From an archaeon (GTDB taxonomy: Archaea; Iainarchaeota; Iainarchaeia; Iainarchaeales; CSSED10-239), in the NCBI GenBank assembly GCA_035390665.1, contig DAOOUC010000019.1, positions 1 through 8,602 on the forward strand: DNA of 8,602 bases, read 5' to 3'. Position numbers and translations under genes: made by a program. This document shows positions 1-7,025 of the stretch, in pieces (the first letter of the stretch is position 1; every line of letters starts with the position of its first letter). The notes below the pieces were generated by a model, which worked only from the letters and a program-made list of their open reading frames with translations, made no database searches and was not told where the DNA came from.

Positions 1-243
1 GAAAACACATTAAAAGAACTTGAAAAAACAAAAGAAGAAAAAGTCTATAAAGGCGTAGGCAATGTTTTTATTTATTCTGATAAATCAGAAGTAATTAAAG
101 ATACAAAAGATTTAAAGGACACACTTGATTTAAGAATAAAAAACATACAAAAACAAGAAGATGCTATTTTAAAAAAAATAAACTCATCTTCAAAGCCAAA
201 ATCAAATAAAGATGAAGACGATGAAATCGAAGGAGTACAATAG
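1..243 (+). CDS. Prefoldin subunit beta-like protein, C-terminal part (5' end outside window)
   Basis: Frame +1 is open from base 1 to TAG at 241-243: ENTLKELEKTKEEKVYKGVGNVFIYSDKSEVIKDTKDLKDTLDLRIKNIQKQEDAILKKINSSSKPKSNKDEDDEIEGVQ. The pattern 'EL.K...E.KVYK.VGNVF...DK.EV..D..' followed by a coiled coil resembles archaeal prefoldin beta. Confidence 0.8.
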   Translation, partial: ENTLKELEKTKEEKVYKGVGNVFIYSDKSEVIKDTKDLKDTLDLRIKNIQKQEDAILKKINSSSKPKSNKDEDDEIEGVQ

Positions 244-245
244 AA

Positions 246-665
246 TCATTTTAAATAAATGATTTTATTTCCGTCTTTTATTTTCTTTCTTTTTGAATAT
301 TTAATTAAGTAGTGAATCTTACTTTTTGGAATTCCAAGTTTCTTTTCAAGATCTCTATAACTATAATCTTTATATTGTTGTAAAATTTTTTGAAGTTTTT
401 CTACCTTAATATCAATTGGCCTTCCTTGTTCTTTTCTAATTAGAACGATAATTCCTTTTTTCTTAATATATTCTTTTAAAGCCTTACTAATTCTTTCGTT
501 TGTGGAGTTAGAAACAGTAATTGTTTTTATTCTAGGGCATCTTGTTAATATCTTTGAAAGATTTTTCTTAGAGAAAGCTCTAGTGATATGTAACTCTTCA
601 CAATTAGTAGCTATACTACTGATTTTTGTAAAATCTGAAAGTGTGTCTTTAAATATTTGTGCCAT
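246..665 (-). CDS. Small DUF1699-like protein with C-terminal helix-turn-helix
   Basis: 139-aa ORF. The segment 'ILTRCPRIKTITVSNSTNERISKALKEYIKKKGIIVLI' resembles DUF1699-type proteins. The C-terminus 'KLQKILQQYKDYSYRDLEKKLGIPKSKIHYLIKY' is a good HTH pattern. Confidence 0.65.
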   Translation of the reverse strand: MAQIFKDTLSDFTKISSIATNCEELHITRAFSKKNLSKILTRCPRIKTITVSNSTNERISKALKEYIKKKGIIVLIRKEQGRPIDIKVEKLQKILQQYKDYSYRDLEKKLGIPKSKIHYLIKYSKRKKIKDGNKIIYLK

Positions 666-820
666 ATTTTTTCTTGTTTGTCCAACATAAAATACAATAT
701 ATATAATTGGAAGAATAGATTTATAAACAAATCTTGTTATTTAAAAAAATAAGGATATATATACATTTAAAAAAGTAATTTCCTATCAATATTACATAAA
801 TTAAAGAAAAGAGAAAATAT

Positions 821-2560
821 ATGATTCAATCGTTCTTACTAAGTTTTGGTATAATTATTCTTTTTGCAACAGTCATGCTTTACGTTTTTACAAAATTAAA
901 ACAACCACCATTACTAGCATTTATACTTACAGGAATTGTAATTGGCCCGATGGTTCTAGGGTTAGTTACTAATACTGCAGAAATTGCAATAATGGTAGAG
1001 ATTGGAATCGCATTTTTGCTTTTTAGTGTAGGCCTTGGAACTGATTTAAAAGAACTAAAAAAGATTAATCTTGGTTTAATTCTGTTACCAATTGTTAATA
1101 TAATATTTACTGCAGTGATTTTTTTAATTTTAAAAAACACACTTGTTATTGACACAATACAGGCACTTTATTTATCTTTTATAGTTTCTTTTAGTTCTAC
1201 AATGCTTATTGCAAAGATTTTACTTGATACCTTTAAAATGGACTCTTTAGAAGGTAGATTAACCATAGGTATTTTACTGATTGAAGATCTTATTGCAATA
1301 ATTGCAATACCTTTGTTGAAAAACATAAACAATTTAACAGCTTGGTTGATTGTTGGAATTTTTATTAAAACTGCTCTTCTGATTATTATAGCAGTAATTC
1401 TTAATAAAATTATATATCCTTATATTATTAAAAACGCATATAAATCAGATCAAAGTTTTTTCTTACTTTCTATTGCAAGTTGTTTTCTATTTATTTTGTT
1501 ATCTAGTCTATTAGATTTTCCAATAGCAGTGGGCGCATTCTTTGGAGGTCTTGCAATCTCTATTTATCCTTATAATTATGAAATTTCAAGTAAGATTTCA
1601 GGAATTAGAAATTTATTGACTACAATTGTCTTTGTTTCTCTTGGAATGAAATTGTCTTTTAATTTTTCTAGTAATTTATTATTATTGATTGTTTTATTTA
1701 TCTTGGTATTAGTAATAAAACCAATAATTCACTTCTTCTTTGTTTTGTTTTCAGGATATGGAACAAAAACTTCTTTTGGTGTTGCAACATATAAAGCACA
1801 AATAAGTGAATTTTCTTTGATTTTAGCAATGCAAGGAGTTGCACTAGGACAATTAACAAATGGGCAATATAGTGCAATAATAATTGCTACGTCTTTGTCC
1901 ATGCTTTTAACTCCATATCTTATAACCTATCAATTACCAATTTATAATTATTTAAAAAAATATCTAAACAAATTAGATAATAATAAAAAATTTACAAAAC
2001 AAATCGATTCCTTAAATAATGTATCTAAGGAAGTAGAAAATCATTTAGTTATTGTTGGCTCAGATGTAACAGGTGAAGCAATAATTAAAGTGTTAGGAAA
2101 AGAAATATATAATCCGATAGTAATTGTAGATTTAGACCCAGATAAGATAGAAAAAGTAGACAAAAGAAGAATATCTACAATTTGCGGAGACGTTAATTAT
2201 ATTGAAGTGTTTAATGCATTAAATATAAAAAAATCAGAATTAATAATAATTACTGTGTCAGATTTTGATACAACTGCAAGATTTATAAAAAACGTAAGAA
2301 AAGAAAATAATAAAGTTCCAATTTTTGCAAGAGCGCACACAAAAAAGGAAGCCTATAAATTATACGAATTAGGTGCAGAAATTGTAATTTTACCAAAAGT
2401 ATTAGAATCAAATTATCTATTAGAAAAAACATATGACTTTTTAAAAAATGGTTTAGAATCTAATAATGCTTTGAGATCAAGATATATGGAATATTTGAAA
2501 AAAGAAATGGTTAAGGAACATCATACAATAAGAAAAAAAGAATCAAAATTTGGTTTGTGA
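821..2560 (+). CDS. Kef-type monovalent cation:proton antiporter (CPA2 family) with C-terminal TrkA-N/RCK domain
   Basis: 579-aa ORF with many hydrophobic helices. It has 'LTGIVIGPMVLGL', 'EIGIAFLLFSVGL', 'FFGGLAIS' and 'FVSLGMK' motifs typical of Na_H_Exchanger. The C-terminal Rossmann segment 'HLVIVGSDVTGEAIIKVLGKEIYNPIVIVDLDPDKIEKV....ICGDVNYIEV' matches TrkA-N. Confidence 0.93.
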   Translation: MIQSFLLSFGIIILFATVMLYVFTKLKQPPLLAFILTGIVIGPMVLGLVTNTAEIAIMVEIGIAFLLFSVGLGTDLKELKKINLGLILLPIVNIIFTAVIFLILKNTLVIDTIQALYLSFIVSFSSTMLIAKILLDTFKMDSLEGRLTIGILLIEDLIAIIAIPLLKNINNLTAWLIVGIFIKTALLIIIAVILNKIIYPYIIKNAYKSDQSFFLLSIASCFLFILLSSLLDFPIAVGAFFGGLAISIYPYNYEISSKISGIRNLLTTIVFVSLGMKLSFNFSSNLLLLIVLFILVLVIKPIIHFFFVLFSGYGTKTSFGVATYKAQISEFSLILAMQGVALGQLTNGQYSAIIIATSLSMLLTPYLITYQLPIYNYLKKYLNKLDNNKKFTKQIDSLNNVSKEVENHLVIVGSDVTGEAIIKVLGKEIYNPIVIVDLDPDKIEKVDKRRISTICGDVNYIEVFNALNIKKSELIIITVSDFDTTARFIKNVRKENNKVPIFARAHTKKEAYKLYELGAEIVILPKVLESNYLLEKTYDFLKNGLESNNALRSRYMEYLKKEMVKEHHTIRKKESKFGL

Positions 2561-2564
2561 GAAT

Positions 2565-3146
2565 ATGATAATATTAATTTGTGGATTTTCAGCATCTGGA
2601 AAAAGCTATCTAGTAAATTTTGTTGCAAAGAAGTTTAATTATAATTATGTTCATACATCTGATATTTTAAATCAGTTTGCACAAGGCGTCCCTGAAAAAA
2701 AAATACAAATAGAGAATACAAAAAGAAATGACGGATGGTATGAATTTTCAGGACTTGACACAAAAAGAAAAATCAACCACGATCTTGATAAGAAACTAGA
2801 TCAATTTTTAGTAAAACTAGTTAAGAAAAAAGACAATCTTGTTTTAGATTCTTGGACTCTACCTTATCTTATTAAAGACGACTCAAAGATAATAAAAATT
2901 TGGTTAGATGCAACAGAAAAAGAAAGAGCAAAAAGACTTTCTTTAAGAGATAAAATTACTTTTACAAAAGCACATAAGCTTCTAAAAGAAAAAGACAAGT
3001 TTTCTAAAGTTCATTTTCAGAAACTTTATGGTTTTAATTTAGGAAAAGATAAACAAGTTTTTGATTTAGTGATTAACACAACACCACTTAGTATAAAAGA
3101 AGTAGAAGCAAAAACACTTAATTTTTTAAAAAAGAAAATCAAATGA
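2565..3146 (+). CDS. Archaeal cytidylate kinase-like P-loop nucleotide kinase
   Basis: Walker A 'GFSASGKS' and a C-terminal 'KLYGFNLGKDKQVFDLVINTTPLSIKEVEAKTLNFL' resemble archaeal CMP kinase. The track start (TTG at 2550) overlaps the upstream CDS. The ATG at 2565 directly precedes the conserved MIILICG beta-strand and is preferred. Confidence 0.72.
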   Translation: MIILICGFSASGKSYLVNFVAKKFNYNYVHTSDILNQFAQGVPEKKIQIENTKRNDGWYEFSGLDTKRKINHDLDKKLDQFLVKLVKKKDNLVLDSWTLPYLIKDDSKIIKIWLDATEKERAKRLSLRDKITFTKAHKLLKEKDKFSKVHFQKLYGFNLGKDKQVFDLVINTTPLSIKEVEAKTLNFLKKKIK

Positions 3147-3966
3147 TTTTTTCTTTAAGTTTTTTGATTACAGAATAATCTACAGTATATTTTCCTATAA
3201 TATTCTCCGGAAAATAATCAAGTCCGTGAAAATCAGAACCACCAGTTTCAATTAAATCAAATCTTTTTGTAATTTCTTTACAATTGTCTAAGAATTTTTC
3301 GTGTTTTGTTTCATGTGGCCCAGTTGTTTCAACACCAACAAGTCCATATCCAGAAAGTTTAGATAGGTAATTTTCAGAATCGTTTCTCAAAGATAGAGGC
3401 AGATACCATGGGTGTGGTAAAACAGATACACCGCCTGCGTTTTTAATTTCTGCAATTACTTTTTTTGTACTTACTCTTTTTGGTTTATAGCACGCATTTA
3501 TTTTTTTAATAATATTAGTAAAAGCATCAGGAAGATCTTTAGCATACCCCTTTCTTTTTAGTTCTAAAGCAAGGTGTGTTGCCATAAGGTTTTGTGTAGG
3601 TCCAGTGAATTTTAGAACGTCTTCAATTTCTACATTATAACCATTATCTTTAAGCCAATAAATCTTTTGAACCATTACATCATTTATTGATTTTTTATTT
3701 TCTTCAAGTATTTTTAATAAAGGTTCATAAGTTGTATCAAAAAAATAAGCTAAAATTTCTGTTGCTTCACAATTAATTTCCACGCCAGTAATTAATTCAA
3801 TCTTTTCTTTTTCTGCAATTTTTTGAGCAATAGGTAAAGCATCTAAACAATTATGATCTGTTATTGCTATTGCTTTAAGTCTGTTCTGTTTAGCACACTT
3901 AATCACAAAATCAGGAGAATGAAATCCGTCTGTGAAATGTGTGTGTGTGTGTAAATCACATCTCAT
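3139..3966 (-). CDS. PHP domain-containing metal-dependent phosphoesterase (TrpH-like)
   Basis: 275-aa ORF with PHP motifs 'DLHTHTHFTDG', 'ITDHN', 'GVEIN', 'HPWYLP' and 'GGSDFHG'. An AGGAG Shine-Dalgarno-like sequence overlaps the stop codon of the upstream histone gene. Confidence 0.92.
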   Translation of the reverse strand: MRCDLHTHTHFTDGFHSPDFVIKCAKQNRLKAIAITDHNCLDALPIAQKIAEKEKIELITGVEINCEATEILAYFFDTTYEPLLKILEENKKSINDVMVQKIYWLKDNGYNVEIEDVLKFTGPTQNLMATHLALELKRKGYAKDLPDAFTNIIKKINACYKPKRVSTKKVIAEIKNAGGVSVLPHPWYLPLSLRNDSENYLSKLSGYGLVGVETTGPHETKHEKFLDNCKEITKRFDLIETGGSDFHGLDYFPENIIGKYTVDYSVIKKLKEKII

Positions 3967-3977
3967 TAATATTTCTC

Positions 3978-4187
3978 CTACTGCATGGTCTTTGTTGCAA
4001 GCTTTATGTCTTCTCCAGTTACTGTTTTTCTTTTAGCGTGCCTTGCAAGTTCAATTGCTTGTTTAGAGATATCTTGAGCAACTTCTTCTAAAATTCTTCC
4101 AAGCTCTTCTGCTGCATCTTCAGACACTCTTTCGGCTCCAGCTTTTCTAATAAGTCTATCAAGTGCTGCAATTGGTAAATCAGTCAT
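3978..4187 (-). CDS. Archaeal histone (HMf/HTZ-like histone fold)
   Basis: 'LPIAALDRLIRKAGAERVSEDAAEELGRILEEVAQDISKQAIELARHAKRKTVTGEDIKLATKTM' matches the archaeal histone fold almost end to end. The track start (GTG at 4196) overlaps the AGGAG Shine-Dalgarno. The ATG at 4187 has AGGAG about 8 nt upstream. Confidence 0.96.
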   Translation of the reverse strand: MTDLPIAALDRLIRKAGAERVSEDAAEELGRILEEVAQDISKQAIELARHAKRKTVTGEDIKLATKTMQ

Positions 4188-4321
4188 AAAATACACTCCT
4201 TTCTTAATTTTAATAAATATTTTCTCTTTATTTTATATATTATGTTATTAAAAACATTTATAAACCGTAATATCTAAAATATATAATAAAGAACGTTTTT
4301 TTAGAGAAACGAGGCAAATTT

Positions 4322-5206
4322 ATGACATTATTAGATTCTATTCTTTTGCAGATAAATCAAAAGAAAACAACATTTAATGAATTACTTACAAGAATTATAC
4401 CAAATTATTCAAGTGTAGAATCAGCAAGAGCCGCCCTTTCAAGGGTTATAAAAAATCTAGTGTCTTTTGAGTATATTCAAAAAACAGAAGACTTCTATGA
4501 GATAACAGAGAAAGGAAAAAAAATTGTTGAATCAAAGCTTCAAGACAAGATGCTTAATAATATAAATAGTATAAACGATCTTTTACAAAAATCACAGCCA
4601 TCAAAATCATTACAATATCTTGATGATGTTGTTAAGAATTTACAAATATTTTTAGAAAGATCAAAAGAAGATTCTACTCTTTTAAAGATTGGTAAAACAA
4701 GTGCAACATTTTACATCTCTGATCTTTTGATTCTAAAAGAAACTGTTGAAAAAAGATTAAGTAATTTTCAAAATACATTAGATAGACAAATAAATGTTTT
4801 AAAAGAATTAAATTTTGAAGATCAATTTGTTGCTAATCTTGACAATAATGCATTTGAGCTTATTAAAGAGATTGCAAAAGAAAATTCAATAACAGAAATT
4901 ATTATTGATTGTGATAAGACAGACATTAACTCAGCAATGCTTTTTGAAAACCATTCAGAATTTACAAAAAAACCAGACAATGTTTTTATTTTAAAGATTA
5001 ATGATATTGATATATTAAAAACATTATTATTATCTAAATTAGACATAATAATGCAAACAAAATTTAAAATTTATCTTAAAGAAGTAGTTGTATATTTAAG
5101 AGTTGGTAGATTTTATTTCACAGGTCCATTTTCACAAGTAAATCAAATTAAAGAAAAATACGGTAAGTACACAGATACAGAAAAAAAAGACAAAATCATA
5201 TCGTGA
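4322..5206 (+). CDS. Uncharacterised protein with N-terminal winged-helix-like domain
   Basis: 294-aa ORF with an upstream GAGG Shine-Dalgarno-like motif. N-terminus 'SVESARAALSRVIKNLVSFEYIQKTEDFYEITEKGKKIVESKL' looks like a winged-helix domain. The remainder has a coiled-coil-like middle and no family I recognise. Confidence 0.7.
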   Translation: MTLLDSILLQINQKKTTFNELLTRIIPNYSSVESARAALSRVIKNLVSFEYIQKTEDFYEITEKGKKIVESKLQDKMLNNINSINDLLQKSQPSKSLQYLDDVVKNLQIFLERSKEDSTLLKIGKTSATFYISDLLILKETVEKRLSNFQNTLDRQINVLKELNFEDQFVANLDNNAFELIKEIAKENSITEIIIDCDKTDINSAMLFENHSEFTKKPDNVFILKINDIDILKTLLLSKLDIIMQTKFKIYLKEVVVYLRVGRFYFTGPFSQVNQIKEKYGKYTDTEKKDKIIS

Positions 5207-5218
5207 ACCTAGTACCAA

Positions 5219-5273
5219 AGAATCGCAGATGACTGCGAAAATCATTGCGCACGAATCGCGCGAAACCGATTCT
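5219..5273 (+). other. Possible structured RNA element directly 5' of tRNA-Gly
   Basis: AGAATCG (5219-5225) pairs perfectly with CGATTCT (5267-5273), which abuts tRNA position 1. Inside are CGCAG-atga-CTGCG (5224-5237) and GCGC-acgaatc-GCGC (5247-5261). The element is 27/55 G+C, well above the surrounding AT-rich DNA. No known RNA family was recognised. Confidence 0.35.
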
Positions 5274-5344
5274 GCAATCATAGTCTAGCGGTAGGATGCA
5301 AGCTTCCCAAGCTTGCGACTCGGGTTCGAATCCCGGTGATTGCA
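5274..5344 (+). tRNA. tRNA-Gly (anticodon CCC)
   Basis: GCAATCA-TA-GTCT-AGCGGTA-GGAT-G-CAAGC-TTCCCAA-GCTTG-CGAC-TCGGG-TTCGAAT-CCCGG-TGATTGC-A. All four stems form, including the 7-bp acceptor and 5-bp anticodon stem. The anticodon loop is TTCCCAA, T-loop TTCGAAT and discriminator A. CCA is not encoded. Confidence 0.96.
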
Positions 5345-5349
5345 TTTCA

Positions 5350-5366
5350 GCCTTTTAAGAAAAGGC
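5350..5366 (+). repeat. Perfect 7-bp hairpin downstream of tRNA-Gly
   Basis: GCCTTTT-aag-AAAAGGC, followed immediately by the overlapping palindrome GGCAC-g-GTGCC (5364-5374). Confidence 0.6.
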
Positions 5367-5407
5367 ACGGTGCCAAAAACGACTGGTTCCAAAAGAAAAG
5401 ACTTTTT

Positions 5408-5623
5408 ATGAAACTTGGAATTTATAAGCACTACAAAGGAAAGATTGTAGAAGTGATTGGTGTTGGAAAGCACACAGAAACTTTAGACAATTTTGTAATC
5501 TATAAAGAAGGAAAAAACTTTTGGTTAAGACCAGAAAAGATGTTTAAAGAAAAAATAATTGTAAATGGAAAATTAATTCCAAGATTTAAATATTTAAAAG
5601 AAAAAGGATGTGAAAAAAAATGA
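5408..5623 (+). CDS. DUF1653 family protein
   Basis: 'IYKHYKGKIVEVIGVGKHTETLDNFVIYKEGKNFWLRPEKMFKEKIIVNGKLIPRFKYL' matches the DUF1653 pattern (Y+HYKG..Y.V...A.H.ET.E..VVY......WVRP..MF.E.....G...PRF.+). The track start at 5336 lies inside the tRNA. The ATG at 5408 fits the family. Confidence 0.87.
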   Translation: MKLGIYKHYKGKIVEVIGVGKHTETLDNFVIYKEGKNFWLRPEKMFKEKIIVNGKLIPRFKYLKEKGCEKK

Positions 5624-6960
5624 AAACAAGATTTTATGAAAATGTAGGACTTTGTAGTCCAAAAGTATTATTACCAAAAAAAGAAATTGATTATTCCAAG
5701 TGGTCAGTTGTTGCTTGTGATCAATACACCTCTGAACCAGAATATTGGAATTCTGTTAAAGAAATAGTAGGAAATAATCCATCAACCTTAAAAATTACAT
5801 TTCCTGAAATTTATTTGGAAGATTCAGATAAACATGAAAGAATTGCAAGCATTGTTGGAACAATGAAAGAATATATTTCAAAAAAGATATTTGATGAAAA
5901 TATGGGTTTTATTTATGTTGAAAGACAAATAAAGAACAAAATTAGAAAAGGATTAGTTGTTGCTTTAGATTTAGAAAAATATAATTACAATAAAGGTTCA
6001 ACAACACTTGTTAGAGCAACAGAAGGAACAATTTTAGAAAGACTTCCACCAAGAATCGAGATTAGAAAGGATGCGCCTTTGGAGTTACCGCACATAATGG
6101 TATTAATTGACGACCCTAAAGGAAAAGTTATTGAAAAGATTAGTGAGAATAAAAAAGACTTTGAAAAGCTTTATTCTTTTGATCTTATGAAAAACGGCGG
6201 TCACATTGAAGGATATCTTGTAAATAAAAGATTTGAAAAAAAAGCAGCAAAGGAACTAGAAAGATTGGCTAGTCCTGAAAAATTCAAAAAAAAATATAAA
6301 TTAGATAAAGACTATTCTGTTCTTCTTTATGCTGTTGGCGACGGAAATCATTCTTTAGCAACAGCTAAAGCAGTTTGGGAGAATTTAAAAAAAGAAGCAG
6401 ACAATAAAGAAGAAATTATGAATCACCCAGCACGATATGCTTTAATTGAACTTGTTAATCTTCATGATGAGTCTTTGGAGTTTGAAGCAATCCACAGAGT
6501 TTTGTTTAATCTTAAAAAAGATATTGTTAAAGAAATGAAAAACCATTTTGGGGGATCTTTCAAGTTTTCAAAAGCAACTAAAGAAGAAGTAATTGAAATT
6601 ATAAAAACAAAGAAAAGTAAAGACAAACACTTTATTGGTTTAATTACAGAAAATCCAAAAGCAACAGGAATAATAAAAATAACAAATCCAAAAACAAATC
6701 TTCCTGTTGGAACAATACAGGATTTCTTGGACACTTTTGGAAAAGCCGGCGGCTTTGAAAAAATAGATTATGTCCACGGCGACGATGTTGTTACAACATT
6801 AGGCCAAAAACCAAACAACGCAGGAATATATCTTCCAACAATTCAAAAGAAGCAATTTTATAAAACTGTTATTGTCGATGGAGCATTACCAAGAAAAACC
6901 TTTTCAATGGGAGAAGCACACGAAAAAAGATATTATTTAGAGACTAGAAAGATTAGGTAA
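5620..6960 (+). CDS. DUF1015 family protein
   Basis: 446-aa ORF with 'VACDQYTSEPEYW', 'GFIYVERQI....RKGLVVALDLEKY', 'VRATEG', 'LLYAVGDGNHSLATAKAVWE' and 'HPARYALIELVNLHDESLEFEAIHRVLF', typical of DUF1015. The start overlaps the DUF1653 stop (ATGA). Confidence 0.92.
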   Translation: MKTRFYENVGLCSPKVLLPKKEIDYSKWSVVACDQYTSEPEYWNSVKEIVGNNPSTLKITFPEIYLEDSDKHERIASIVGTMKEYISKKIFDENMGFIYVERQIKNKIRKGLVVALDLEKYNYNKGSTTLVRATEGTILERLPPRIEIRKDAPLELPHIMVLIDDPKGKVIEKISENKKDFEKLYSFDLMKNGGHIEGYLVNKRFEKKAAKELERLASPEKFKKKYKLDKDYSVLLYAVGDGNHSLATAKAVWENLKKEADNKEEIMNHPARYALIELVNLHDESLEFEAIHRVLFNLKKDIVKEMKNHFGGSFKFSKATKEEVIEIIKTKKSKDKHFIGLITENPKATGIIKITNPKTNLPVGTIQDFLDTFGKAGGFEKIDYVHGDDVVTTLGQKPNNAGIYLPTIQKKQFYKTVIVDGALPRKTFSMGEAHEKRYYLETRKIR

Positions 6961-7025
6961 TTTCCTAATCAAAAAATAGTGTTTAAAAAATATTTAAAAA
7001 TAAATATTATTTGGAGGAAAAATTT

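Noticed and set aside
502-690. Plus-strand 62-aa ORF
   Set aside because: It is mostly antisense to the DUF1699-like/HTH gene with no independent support.
880-1155. Minus-strand 91-aa ORF
   Set aside because: It lies wholly antisense within the well-supported antiporter gene and its product resembles no protein family.
4822-5046. Minus-strand 74-aa ORF
   Set aside because: It is antisense within the 294-aa winged-helix-like gene, with no recognisable motif.
5219-5273. Considered as a second miniature tRNA or a box C/D sRNA
   Set aside because: It is only 55 nt, with a 7-bp outer stem but no canonical D/anticodon/T arms or T-loop. There is also no clear C (RUGAUGA) and D (CUGA) box pair.
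5336-5407. N-terminal 24-aa extension of the DUF1653 ORF
   Set aside because: It begins inside the tRNA 3' end and crosses the hairpins. The family match starts at the internal ATG at 5408.
5285-5473. Minus-strand 62-aa ORF ending ...CNHRDSNPSRKLGKLASYR
   Set aside because: The C-terminus is the antisense translation of the tRNA-Gly gene, a common spurious ORF.
6462-6734. Minus-strand 90-aa ORF
   Set aside because: It is antisense within DUF1015. The hydrophobic runs arise from the complement of lysine-rich codons.
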